Shown here: in pieces, positions 1-16,200 of the stretch
Layout of the letters: every line of letters starts with the position of its first letter
Position numbering within the stretch: the stretch's first letter is position 1
Origin: Zygnema circumcarinatum SAG 698-1b
Taxonomy: Eukaryota > Plantae > Zygnematophyceae
Assembly: GCA_037447605.1 (NCBI GenBank)
Contig: CM074807.1
Location: forward strand, 3,856,829-3,920,828
DNA: 64,000 nucleotides
Direction: 5' to 3'
The notes under the pieces: generated by a model
What the model was told of the DNA's origin: nothing
The model's database searches: none
The model's input: the letters and a program-made list of their open reading frames with translations, nothing else
Translations under genes and position numbers: made by a program

Positions 1-1541
1 ATATCCGAAGCTGTAAATTCTTTGCCATCGTCGCCAACTTTTCCAAGTTCACTATTCAGCTCCTGTGTAGAGGAGAAATATTGCATGCATGTCAATGAAG
101 TTCCATTGGTGTTTTGAAAATGCACAGTCTAGTTGGTCATATGAGGAAACTGCAGCTGCACCTTAGCTTTGGCTTGCAGCAGCCTCGCAAACTCAAGGTA
201 GTGCTTCAATGTGTACAGACGACTGCCTGTGGCTGCCTCAAGCGCCTGCACACAATCATGTCCAGATGCGCGCTAAACATGTCAGACACATGCATTGCCC
301 TCAACATTGTCAATGATTACGAGTAGCCGTTCCTGTTTCTGACTGGTAAGTTTCAGGGGACGAGTTCAGCCCGAACTCCTTGATATGTAGAACAACACAC
401 CTCGTCAGACATGAATGGCGCCTGCGGATCGTATGCAGCTAAAACTGCCGATGCAGTTGCAGGGCCGACCCCTTTAAGGGCTGATAGCTCTGTAATGGCT
501 ACCTTCAAGTCTGGCATGGCAGCAAAAGCTTTCCTTGAAGCCGAGATGACATCATCATCAGCCAATGATGATGCAAAGCCAAGCAAACGTGGCCTGTACG
601 CCCACGTTCCCTGGTTAGTAGACTGTCGCCACTACAGAGCACTTAGGCAAAATTATGTGCTCTTGTCGACATTGTATGTGGCCCATCCGAATGCTTGCAA
701 TGAAATACGCGTATCTATAAAGCCAGCTAAATAATCAAACAAGTGCCACAAGCTAAGGGATGATGGGGCGATCATTTGTTGTTGAGGGACTTGGGACTCG
801 AACACTTTAGTCTTGGCAATCAAGTTACAAGACTCCAGGGATTAAAAGTTTGTTCTTCGCAATCAATTTTGCATGATAAGCAAGGTCGCCATTCTCATTG
901 GCTCAGAATTAGGAACTTAACAAAGTTCGGCAAGCAATTAAAGTGTTTAGGAAATTCATGATTTTCTGACGTCACCGTGGCATTACAATTGATTGGAGGT
1001 GGCAATACGATCGTTTGGAGAAAGAATTCGATTACCATATCCGCGATTTTTTGTCAATCTCTCTTTAAGGAACGTGTTCTTTTCCTGTTCTGTAACGTAT
1101 CGGTTATTTTCAGATTCATTTTACCAGCCTGATACATCACATTTTTGGAGGGTAGCTGTTTTGCTTCACTCATTGAAACTACAATATTCGAACCTGTTAT
1201 GAATGCCGCAAAAAAATCCTTCCCAGGTCCATCTGCAGAGACTGAATGCCCGTTTCAACCCAAGAGAGCTGATTAACACTGACGGTTTGCTGCTTCAAAT
1301 GGCAAATGCCATGCAGAGTGCACCTCCACTTTCCGCGAGTAAGCTTCCATTCCACCACCCTTTTCAGCTCGTCCTGCGTGATAAATGGAGAACTCCCCCG
1401 CCCCGCAATCCGAGCAGGAAGTTCACTCCAATAAAACTGCTCCAGGGCCTCCAGCTTCACATTCTCACGCGCAGATACCTGAGCTGAATACGCGCCTAAA
1501 GATTTCCTCCATTCCGACACATCAGTCTCCTTCAGCCGCAT
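1..1541 (-). CDS. Helix-hairpin-helix (HhH) DNA-glycosylase-like conserved protein, similar to Arabidopsis At3g12210; 3' end runs off the window
   Basis: GT-AG exons 1541-1324, 593-401, 245-162 and 62-<1 give MRLKETDVSEW...LTRGKWRPRLLGF...LSALKGVGPATASAVLAAYDPQAPFMSDE...YTLKHYLEF...KEFTASDI. LKGVGPATAS is an HhH motif. Confidence 0.8.
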
Positions 1542-1909
1542 AGCGACTGGCCTCCCTCCCTCCTGCTCTCCCTGCCCTCTCCCTCTCTCTTTCCCTCTGC
1601 GGCGCCATCCCTCAGCTCCAACTCTCTCATCAGATAGCAAGTCTTACCAGCCGTACCTATTACTTAACGTGTGCCTATTATCTGCCACATCCCCCATCTT
1701 TTCTGTACGAAAACGTCCATAATACCGTACGGTCACCGTCTTATTATCTGACCAATAAAATTGAAAGCAGGGAGCGCACAAAACCGCCAAACCGCCAGTT
1801 TTCAGCAGAGAACCGTACGGACATTTTTTTCAAATATTAGGGAATTACTATTTTCACACCTTTGTTTTATAGATACACACCTTAAAAAAAAAATCCCCCA
1901 ATACTTTAA

Positions 1910-1918
1910 AAACCCTAA
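1910..1918 (+). promoter_or_regulatory. Telo-box (AAACCCTAA) in the divergent HhH/HSP70 promoter
   Basis: Exact motif between the two head-to-head ATGs (1541 and 2334). Function not shown. Confidence 0.35.
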
Positions 1919-2333
1919 AATAAAATCTGACGGGCGGAAAAAGGTGTGTATATTTATTAAAAAGGTGTGAAAATAGCCTTTTCCAATTATTTGGAAACAT
2001 CGCCTAATTTACCTTTTCGGAAGACCCACGCAACCGTCAGATTTGCGTGCTTCTGGAAGGCTTGGAAGAAATTGGACGGTCCAGATGCAGTCTGGTCCAC
2101 ATTGGACGGCTACGATGGCTCCGGCCGCCTTTCGGCAGGCGATCTGCAAAAGGTGAAAGCCGGCTCCGAGAGGTGGCGGGAAGCGGCGCGTTCAAGTCCT
2201 TTGAAGTTCGGCGCCGCCTCCTGCAGGCCGCGGCATTTGCTCGCAGCTTCTCTTGGAAGAGGAGGCTGGTGAGAGCGAGGAGGAGGGCTGACTGCTTGAC
2301 AATCACTATTCGCTTGAAGTTGGAGGGGTTGCA

Positions 2334-5776
<3,443 letters not shown>

Positions 5777-6914
5777 GGAGGTACTTCTGGTTAACCAACG
5801 TCAAATTTGTCAAAAGTCGTTAGGGCCCTCGTGGTGGGATTATTCGTTTTGGCAAGTATTACTGTTGGTATTGTATTCGCTCTTTCGAGCGTATTCTTTT
5901 GCCTTACCTTAGGATGATAGAGAGGTGAAGTGCACATTCCATGAAGATGTGCGACATCTGGTGAATAAGATTGTCATTTGCAACCCAATTTCCCCAAGCG
6001 CCTTACAAGAGCGCTTGTACGTAGCAGAGCTTGTGCAAAAGGGTCCTTAGGGTAACTATGTACAATCCAGCCATTTTTACAAGGAAGGATTCGATGGAAA
6101 TGGATTTCGACATAGCCCTGCAAATGATGGTATACTTAACACCTGAGCGGAGCGGGAGGAAAAGTATTCAAAAAATCCCCGGCATATCATTTTCCACATG
6201 TTTGTCAATGATTGGTTTTTCTTGTGCTGTAGACGCAAAGCAAGACAAAGCAGTCTGCAGTCTCATCAGGGCACACGGCAGGGGGGACCCTTGCTGACAG
6301 GGTCGATTGTTGTTCTCCCCCGCTTTGAGGCCAAAGGTTCAAGCTGCGCCTAACTCCTGCTGACCTCTGCTGATCACCATGATGATAGTGATGAAAACGA
6401 GTCATTCGTCTATTGCGGAGCTCCAAACTGTTTCAGTTTCTAATTATGGTGGACGAGTAGGACACAAAATGCTGACCAAAACATGTCGAACGAATCATTT
6501 ACTACTCAGCAGTGACGGTGAAACTACAACAAAGAATACTCGCAACACATCCGACAGGACAGTCAGATCTCATCGACGTGCTTTTCGTGCACCCTCTGTC
6601 GAAGAAAGCTCAAATCTAAGGAATGATAAATATATTAAAAAACACGGCAATTCCAAAGCTTCAACCGAAGGTGCCTCACTGTCAAAAACTTTAAACGCAA
6701 ATAAAACTGCCAAGAACGGGAGAAAAACACTGACGGGCAAAAGCAAGCAACCACAAAACTCCCGACAAAATCTGAGACGGAAGACAAAACTGGTCGCAAA
6801 AACGCTACACAGACCCGCTTAAGCCGAGCGAGAGACTGAGTGCCCTACTTGCTAGGAAAGCCCAGGGCTCCCCCCCGCCCCATCTTCCTTACAAATAGGC
6901 GGAAGCGAGGCTTG

Positions 6915-8726
6915 TCAGCTGCTCTGTGCCCCCGTCACGACAGTCTTGAAGGAATCGTGAATGTGTTTCAGCATAACCTGGTCCCTGCGCCACCCAGCAC
7001 GCCACTCATTCTTAAGTGAGAAGGAAAACAGAAAAGGTACTTGGCCACAGCAGATCACCGAGAAGGTAAGTGCATATCCAAAAGTTTAGGGTTTGTATGT
7101 GTAAGGCAGGGCAAGTTTAAGAGTTACCTGTTCCAGTCAGGAGGGGGCGCGTTAACGAAATGTGCATACAGTTTGTTGTTTGTGCAGGTGACAGAAATCA
7201 GGCTGTGACCTATGGGGCTGTCGACCTCATAGTCATAGTACAGCTGGCCATCCTCAGTGCGAGTCGACTGCTCCACCGTCTCTGCGGCTGCAATTTGATC
7301 CTGACGCATAGCAGGCAACCTCATGAAACGTGGTCAGGGTGGTGAAGGAAGTGAATCTCAAGCACGGCAGGATAGCACAGGGAGATTGAAGTGATCCTTG
7401 CAGTGGCTCCAATGCAGAATCGAATTATTATTTTTGGAAGGTAGACAGGGAAGTAAAGCAGCCGAATTTCAGCTGCATTGCTTATATCCGAAAAATCATA
7501 CATAGAAGCTACGTTTACTTGAACTGGCAATCAAGCTCGAGTCTGTTAACGTATCCTTAGTGAACTAACAGAAAGAGCGTCCCCTACCTGCAGATTGACG
7601 TCAGAAAGGGCAATATTGGAAAGAACAGTGTCCTGGGGAGGGAGGCGCCTGAAGCCTGCATAAGACAAAAGTGGGCCACGAAACAACTTGCACATAAGAT
7701 TAGCATACAGGATACGTATTCAGCTCAAAGGAACACACAAGCAGCCCTTTTCCAAATTGAACGAGATGCTTGCGTTTTCCGTTCAGAATGCTCAGGACCT
7801 GAATTTCATTATTCAGCTATTTTTCGAGAGCACTTAATAAATATGTGAACCAGAAAGAACCTCCTACGTCTTTATCTGCAGGCATATAGCTCGTTTGTAT
7901 GCATTATGACTGCCTAAGTCACACACAAAGGCATTCTGTAGCCAAAGACCACATTGCAGAGCCAAAGGCTTCAGTCCCCATACGTCTTTCCGCTGCTCAT
8001 CTAAGAGTACACTTCACGTAAAATGTTTAGAGCACGTTCAGGAATGCAAAATCCGGGGACTTGTGCAGAACGAGTTTCCGTCAGCTCTTTGTGTCTCGGA
8101 AGCTAGGAAAGGTGAATGAGAGCACTGGCAGCTTTGTCAAAAAAAAAAAACCCTCCATACACCATAACTTGCAGCTCACATTGTGCAGTGCAGTGCTAGC
8201 GCTCACCTGCAAGGAAAGTTACATAGACCTTTTCTGTACGTTTCTTGGGGTTGAACCACTCGCTGTCTGTGCCATTTGTGCCCTTCTCCACTTTAGAGAT
8301 ATTGCGTTCCTTCCAAAGGGCAGGAACATCGTAGATATACTCTGCGCTGTCCTTCTTGCTGGCATTCCCTCCATAGCCGCCATAGCTGGAGGCGCTAGCA
8401 GCAGTGCCATAATACACTTGAAATTCCTCCTCAGCCATCAACCCTTGCGCATTTCCAAAGATGAAGCTAGCTGTCGCAGCCACAGCAATCAACCCCCTCC
8501 CGAAATCCTGCCATTCAACAGAGCTCTCCCTCTGCTCTGCAGAACTGTAAGCGCTTTTCTCAGAAGGGCTGCTGCTCATACAGATGAGTGCATTTCTCCC
8601 TGCTCGGCGTGTCACTGGCAGCCTGCAGCACAACTCTGAATGCGATGCTTTGGAAGAGAGACTTCTGGCAGAGAGAGAAAGCGGCGCTGCACAGGCAGCC
8701 AGGTGTGCAGATGCCATGGATGCCAT
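6915..8726 (-). CDS. TL19: Thylakoid lumenal 19 kDa protein (PsbP-like fold) with bipartite transit peptide
   Basis: Exons 8726-8207, 7655-7588, 7300-7128 and 6984-6915 are in phase. Product: YYGTAASASSYGGYGGN...KVEKGTNGTDSEWFNPKKRTEK...LYAHFVNAPPPDWNRD...DSFKTVVTGAQSS*. Confidence 0.9.
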
Positions 8727-8992
8727 TACCGCGCTCCTCCGACTGCTGCTCGGAAGAGAAGGAACGAAGCACTCTAGGAAAACAGCCTCCCTTCCTCCCT
8801 CCCTCAAAGTGCAGAGCTTTGCAGAACTTAGGCCCTCCCCGAGCCCCTGCTGGAAGCAAGCGGCTTGCGCCCCTCGTGGTTTCTGACGTCACTTTCAAAC
8901 CCGGGCAGGCTCGACTGCAAACTCAGTTTTTCGTTTTTTTTCGATCCGCAATGCCAAATTAGAAAGTCTGCCGCCTGCACCTCCCCTTCACT

Positions 8993-9086
8993 TTTAGGGT
9001 TTCGTCTTTAGGGTTTAGAGTTGAAGGTTTAAGGTTTAGGGGTTAAGAATTATAGTCTAGGGTTTAGGGTTGAAGGGTTAGGGTTT
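8993..9086 (+). repeat. Degenerate interstitial telomere-like (TTTAGGG) cluster
   Basis: About 9 imperfect units (tttagggt, ttagggttt, aaggttt, aggggtt, tagggttt, agggtt...). Confidence 0.7.
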
Positions 9087-10186
9087 CTACATACCATTGG
9101 AAGTGCGTTGGACACGCCCAATGGTGTTGAGGATGCATCTGAGAAAAAACATTGTACTTGTCGTCTGGCCAGTGTGAGAGCCTCTAGGGATGTGTTGTTG
9201 TGAAGCTGCCAGCAACTGTGACCCACGTGACGACATTCCAAACTGGTTGCGAAACCGAACCGAAACCAAACCGCCCTCCCTTGACCCTCGGCCAACAATA
9301 GAAGCTACACAGTACCTTACACGAGTGTGCATCTGGCGACATCAACATTGTAACCTCAAGGTTTCAGATACCCAACTGGGAAGCTCAACTGTTTGTACAC
9401 TGCATTGCATGCATTGCAGGTGCATGCTTCACGCGAGTACGCAGACACATTCTTAACACTCTAACAGCCTCGAGAAGCACTTGCAGTTGCGTTAACATGG
9501 AGACCCACAATCGCCAATGCCAATCTCGCAAGCCAAGCATCCCAGAAGGCCGAGACATAATATCAACATTGTACATTGGCAAGGACCCTCTTTCCTGTGT
9601 TCCAGTTTAGGGAACTTGCCAATATATGGAAGTGACAAGACAATGAAACCACCACTTAGCAGCGCTAGCAACAAAGCTTTCAATCTCCTCCCTCTACAGC
9701 CCAGAGGAGACAGTCTACAACAAATCTACAGGGAACCCCGCCTATTTACATACCCCTAGGACAAACGCACACTTTCTTCATGGGAGTGCTGCAGACCCTA
9801 TGGTTTTACGTAACGTTAGGTAATGCAAGGACTCCTGAACAAATACTGCACAATGATATCATAAAAGGAGACCATTTCAGCTTCCCTCGTGGCTCCAACC
9901 ACCTCTTGCAACTCTCCCTACAACCAAGGAATCAATCAAACACTTCGGACGGACTGTATAATTAACTCCCGCATTTATCTGGAGGAAGGCTGCGACCCTC
10001 ATGACTTGCTAGCTCTGGTGAACAGAGCCGCTAAAAATAGCCCATAAACAACTCTCCCCTTGAAAGGTTTCCAAATGCCATGTGCCCATTGTCGTCATTT
10101 CCGCACTCCTGCTGGTGCTTTGGCTTCCTTTCCTTTCTGTTGCGAGAGAATCAAGGCAGTTTGTCTGCTCACTTCAAAACGTACAT

Positions 10187-10228
10187 CCTTGATGTCAAAG
10201 ATAAGCACCTTGATGTCAAAGATAAGCA
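10187..10228. repeat. Perfect 21-bp tandem duplication
   Basis: ccttgatgtcaaagataagca occurs twice in tandem. Confidence 0.9.
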
Positions 10229-10298
10229 GTGCTCCACCTTCCGTATAATAGAGACTTCAAATCATGCTCTGTAGAAGTTTGAATTGGAAACGAGTCTT

Positions 10299-12192
10299 TC
10301 AAGCAGAGCCCTCAGAGTCCTCTCTTACAACCTGCGTCTCGAACCGAAACTTGGGCCGGGAACTGCCAAAAGTGTTGTCCAAGTCCTGCCCAGCTTGATC
10401 TGTCCACAGCCGGTCGCGGAAGCCCCCTTCTCCCCAAGCTTCTTGGTATTCTGGTTTAACACGTCGCACAGGAACAGTCACGGAGTACACTGTGCCAATA
10501 TCTGGATCTGTCGTCACATTGAACCCAATTTCCTCCTCGGCAGCAATCTCAACATAGGTAGAGATGGCTTTCAAAATGTTCTCCCGCAACTTGTGACGAA
10601 TCTCTGGAGACACCTCACCCCGATCGCTGAACAAAACAAGCCGCAGCCGCTCTCGAGCGATCTCTGCATTGCTGGAAGCACAAAAGCAGCAGAACTGTGA
10701 GGAATGCTAAAACCGCTTCCAGGGAAAGCTATAAAACAACCACTTTCTGGAAATGTTGCCAAGCAAGGGCTGCTCTTAGCCATTCTCCTGATGAGTGTTT
10801 GGGTAAGTAACCATTGAAGAAATTCCTGCAGATAAACGCCAGCAATCTGAACAAACTACACTCGATATATTGCAAATACAGAACAACCCGGCAAGTCAAT
10901 TCTTCAACGTTGACTTCAGCAATTTATCACCAAACAGCCAAATCCAGGAGACCCGCCTCTCGGCCACTTCATTAAGCCACATACCTTAAGTCCGGCAACT
11001 TTGGAGGGAAGAGGATTGCCCACGCCTTCACCAGTCTCTCCAAAAATGTTAACTCAGAATCCTCTCCTGCATCGTACTGTGCTGCTCGCCAAACAGACAA
11101 AACCCAATCCAGCCCTATCTTATCACTCCACTAGAACCAATGGCACTAAACTTTGCCATGAATACCTAAAGTCTTTCCTGATGGTCATTGCCTCTACGTC
11201 AGCAGACCCTAATTAGACGAAAAATAACCTGCAATGGCAATGAGGATGTTTCTGAAACAGCTGGGTTCTTGCTACCGCTTCAACGGGCTCAAGAAGAGTA
11301 CTATCCTCCCAGGCATAACTGCAATCCTTAGTTTATGCCCTCATATGACTTTTCACCTGGAAGCCTGAGGCACCAATAGTTGAAACTCTTGCGTCTCAAA
11401 ACAAGATGTCCGCCTTTTTCTCAAAAAGGTGCGAGCAACTGACTAATGACTAGCTAACTCAAGCTTGCCCCTAGATTCTGTCACGCTAAGCTTACATTCG
11501 GTGACAGGAGGACTTTAAGCGTCAGAAAAAGATCGGAAATCTCGCTTCTAGTGCCAAACTTGATTTAGATAAGGAAGAAAAGAAAAAGCAGCAACAGTGC
11601 ACAAAAATTGATAGCTAGGCGTGAGCTTGAAAAATTGTAGCGCCAACAGATGACGCTGCGCTATGCATAAGGGCACATGTCCACATGTTCCAGTACGATG
11701 ATATTGAGGGTGATTAGAGGCAGAGATCCTGGTACCTGCACGGATAGGCTGAAGCGCCTTCATTCGTCTGCTCACTCCGACAGCGCATCCCATGCACTCC
11801 TCCTTAAATGAGAACGAGCGAGACATGAAGGAGTCTAACAAGGCTTGACCATGGTGTCCAGTTCTCACGTTCGGACGAAGGTTAATTTTCGCGGAAGTTT
11901 GAGACTTGAACTGCAGCAGCAAGTTCAAACAAGCGCTCGGATCAAGAAGTATTCATCCAAGATACAAAAATATTCTCAAAATGTGAACAATTCGCTGTCA
12001 AAGAAAGAGAAAATAATCCCTCCATTCACACTCAAAAGTCCCCTTTCCCGGACCGCATATGAATGCGAGGACCCCCACCGCGGAAGAGGAAGCTTCGCAG
12101 CGGCAGGCGGAACGACGAGAGGATCCCCCCCTGAGGACCTCCCCTGCGGCGAGCAGCCCTGACCCGCTGTGTGTGAGGATCGCACGCTCCAT
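10299..12192 (-). CDS. MINE: Plastid division protein MinE
   Basis: Exons 11910-11736, 11066-10985 and 10671-10299 splice in phase to FLERLVKAWAILFPP...SNAEIARERLRLVLFSDR...TDPDIGTVYSVTVPVRRVKPEY. First exon from ATG 12192 is inferred; its donor is uncertain. Confidence 0.9.
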
Positions 12193-13249
12193 GGCCTGGC
12201 CTTGCCCTGCCCTGCCCTGCCTTGCCAGGCGCGCGAGGGAGGGCGAGCAGCAGCAGCAGCAACAATAGCCCTGGCCCTGGCCCCGCCCCTCCCTCCCGCC
12301 TGCAGCCGCCTTCAAGAGTTCAGGCCGCCCGCCCGCCCGCCCAGGCGGCGCCAACGGCAGGCAGAGGGAGGCAGGCAGGCCGCGCCGGGCGGACACTGCC
12401 GTACCGTACTGTACGGCCAAGGTATGTATGCATGCATGCATGCATGTGCGCTGGCTGCATTGCTATGGAGGGACCCGGGGGGGGGGGGGGGGAGGTGGGT
12501 CAGACAACGAAATCTTATGAGCAAAAAAAATCGGTAGTTCTCCGCAGCAGGTTCGCGATTTCGCCGAAGTACTCGTTCTGGCCTTAAACTGTACGAGCAA
12601 CTTTTTTAAGTCTGACATCCCCTATTGTTGATTGATGCTAAGTAGTACATGAGGATGGATAGCCATGTGGAGTGCGGGCAAGGGCGTGGGAGCCCAGCTC
12701 CCAACATGAACATGACGTCCTCTCATGGCTGGCTCCCATCACCGCCAGAGCGCAATGTCTACAACATACAATGTCGAAGCTGGGCTAAGGCTGAACAAAT
12801 ACATGGCACACATTGTACTCATGGGCGCCTAGGCCAAAGGGCTAGGTCCAGACCCCAATTTCCTCTAGCCACGGGGACGTGCCCGCCAGTCACGTCTCGG
12901 ACGCGATACGCTACGATACGATATTCAACTCGCCCTCAGTCCTGGTCGCCGGATATCTCGGTTGCTAGACTGCTGTGCTGGAGTTGTTGATCCTGAATTC
13001 CTGAAGGAGGTGGATCTGGGGATCTACCTGCGTGTTGATCTTCCTGATGTGGATCCAGGGATCTCCCTGCGTGCATGGCCATGGTCTGTGCATCTCATTC
13101 TGTGCGGGAATTCGAGGTCGCAGCGTCGCCTTAAAGCGCACACCCATCCTGCCTTGATCTGTTGAGCAGAGCAGAGCGCGCACATCGACAGCTTGCCTCA
13201 ATCTATGCTGTAGCAATATTTGGCACTGCACAGAAACGAATTGCTCAGC

Positions 13250-16200
13250 ATGGCTACTTCAAAGACCCATGCAGAATTTCCAACGCTCGGGCTAACCAAG
13301 CATGCTCCACCTCTTGTTGTAGAGGTGCGAGGATGCGTTCCTTTCTCCTTCTAAAGAAAAGAAAAAATTGCAGACAAAAAAAACAAAAACCGAACAAGCG
13401 AGAGAGAATAAGAGGAAGAGAGAATAAGAGGAAGCAAGTTTAAACTGCAAAAGTTTGAAGATCATCGTACTTGGAGCTTGCAGCTGCGGGCATATGCGAA
13501 CTTCAGAAGCAACTCCCCATTTCAGCACGCTAACTGCTATGTCTGCTGCATCCTGCGCTGCCCTACATGCTTATTTCTCTCCAGTAGGATGAGAATTGCT
13601 TATAACGTTGTCTGTTTGCACCTTGCCGATGATAATTTGGATCCGATATTCGTTCTTGAAACTGTTGAGTAAGAACGCGTGTCTGCCAGAAGTCTCAAAG
13701 GCCTCTATTTGGAGGAGGTGGCATTGTGCAGCTCGACATTGAAACGCTCGACTGTTCGTTTGTCGAGTGGGAGGGCGATGTCCTTGCCATTGGTGAGATG
13801 AGCAACGCCAATGCTACGTGAAACAGACGGTGTATTGGTCGTGCAGAAACTGCAAAAATTCAGACATGCATAAGTGGTGCTACGGACACCATTATAGTCC
13901 TGACATAAATCCAAAGTCGAGATGCATGATAAGAATTCATTACTTCATCCTTGTCTTACCTCAATAAAGCAATCATTCTCAAATGTGATGAGGTGAAGGA
14001 ACTGTACACAATCTCATTACAATGACCAGCCATCAATTCGCCCTTGAAGTTTTGGAAACTGCACAAAACAGAGAACTAGAGTTTTCAGGGTTTACCAATC
14101 CGATAGTTATTGACACACTATGCTGAATGCGTATATCACGCGCAAGTCCATTCAAATGAAGTTCCTTGCCATGGTTCAAAGTGTAAGCAAGGGAGTATGC
14201 AAGTGCTTGCAAATCTCGGCTTCATGACTGCGGAGTCGGAAAATTTATTTCACTTTCTCGTCACGTTACCTTGATTAAGTTTCAAAGGCTAGCCATTTGA
14301 AGGAAAAACGACTTGACATGATGGTGAATCAATGCAGGTGTATTTGAGGAAAGCTTGACTGTTGGAGAAGGGCGTTTTGAAAATGAGCTGCTCTCATCAT
14401 ATGATGATGTCGTTGGGGGTGTTCTTCTGGAACTGGTTAGTTACTTCCTGCAAAACATGAAGGATGCCTTCCCTCGCAGAGAAATCCTTTGTGCCCTTTG
14501 TATTTTCGTTGTGAGAAAAAGGTGACTACAGCAAGCCATTCTTTCTTAAGGAGTCAACTTGCAGCTTAACCTGAAGAAAGTCGTTTACTTGACATGGCAG
14601 GCTACAGAGGAAGATTTCAAAGCCAAACTTGGGCAAACATGTACTGTCAGACTTGCCAGCAAGAAGTTGAAAAGGTCAGTGTAGGCCACTGCATTGATCT
14701 CACGATGGCGATGTCATCAAATGTACATGGACAGTGTTGTTGTAATGTCGTAATTTCGCCCATTTCTCATTCGTTGACCTTTCTTAACATATTAAAACAG
14801 CTCACGGACGAGCCCTCTCTTGAGTATTAGTCGATATTGTCCCTTTCATTCGTTTAACTATGCGCGACCCCCTTATCCTCGCTTTATATAGTTTGGTTTT
14901 ACTGGTTTCTTAAGAGCGTCAAGGACAGCCTACACACGAGTCACCTCTGCACGAAGTCTTCATAATTGCCATCTTTCTGGAGATTGGTTAAAGTTGTACC
15001 TAGGATATGTGGAAAAGTACTTTTGAGTGACCCGAAGTGATTTGGAGAATGACGGATCCAATAATTTTCTGCTTATCCTTACAGCGTCTAGTATTCCTTC
15101 ACACAATAGAAGCACAATGAGCGCTAAATGTTTTCCTGGCGCACCCTCAAGATTGTATTGACTTCTGCAGAAAATTCTAGATAATAGGACGAAGGATTGT
15201 CATCAAAGCCGGCTTGCTGAGAATCATTGCAGTCTTTTGGCCCTTTCCTTTGTTGGAAAGAGTGCATTACATTCAGGAAAAGCCGCACGTGTCTTTATGC
15301 ATTTTGCTCCTTGAGTCCCTTTTGGCCTTACCAGCATGTACGGCTCTCAGGTTAGCTCTAGTCGGACTCGGTACCTCGCCTGGACCGACTGGTCCAAGAG
15401 GAAGTACAGAGCACTGGCGGACCTTTGGACTTGCCGCCGCACGGCTTGTAAAGCCTTTGAAGGTATGGCTCTTCTCATGATTATCCAGCAGGAGCATACA
15501 AGTTGACTTTGCCTGAATCCATCGGTTCTATTCGTTTCTGTAGCAGGATATTGTATATACTTATTGGTTGGAAATATAAGTATGGTACTGGTTTGTTATT
15601 CTGTGCAGGGTGGCACGTTGGGACTCGCAATCTTACATGGGCAACAGCTGGACAGTGAGACGCAGTTGGCTGCTCTCGAGGCTTTGTCTTGCGGAGCCAT
15701 ACTCGGGACATATGAAGACACCCGGTTCAAATCACAGGTGGGCTATTGCACATTTCGTGAATGGAGAAAGTGAGGATTTCATTGTTCTACACCTTGTTTG
15801 TGTTCTTTCGAAGGGGCAGCTGGTGGATGTTGGACTCAACCTCATCATCTGCCAGTGCTTTTGTCAATACCCTACCAAACCAAAAAGCAGTGCTAGTATG
15901 GCTCTGCTAGCCTACAGTTGTCCTCCAAGAAAACTGGGTCTCACCATTTAAATTATTGCGAATTGCTGTGTAAATTATTGTGAATTATTGTGCTCACTTC
16001 CGCAGCCAAAACCTTCGCCATTGAGACGAGTCACTATCCTCTCCCTCGGTTCAGGGCCGAGCCATGCACATGCAGTCCATAGGGCCGTGTCGGTGGCTTC
16101 AGGGGTCATTGTGGCCAAACAATTGGTGGCCGCTCCGGCCAATGTTCTCACGCCAGGTTAGCAAAAGACTTTTTTTTGCTTCCAATGTCCATATCTTTCA

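Noticed and set aside
2051-2070. Heat-shock element upstream of HSP70
   Set aside because: Only one perfect TTCnnGAA; the third unit is out of register.
6263-6269. CTGATGA on the - strand (hammerhead ribozyme core)
   Set aside because: No stem II closed by GAAA follows.
6379-6822. 147-aa + strand ORF between HSP70 and TL19
   Set aside because: No recognisable motif or splice context. It lies between convergent 3' ends.
12984-13075. Imperfect two-copy repeat (gttgatc...ggatc...ctgcgt)
   Set aside because: Short and degenerate, two units only, with no TSD or spacer structure. Not CRISPR-like.
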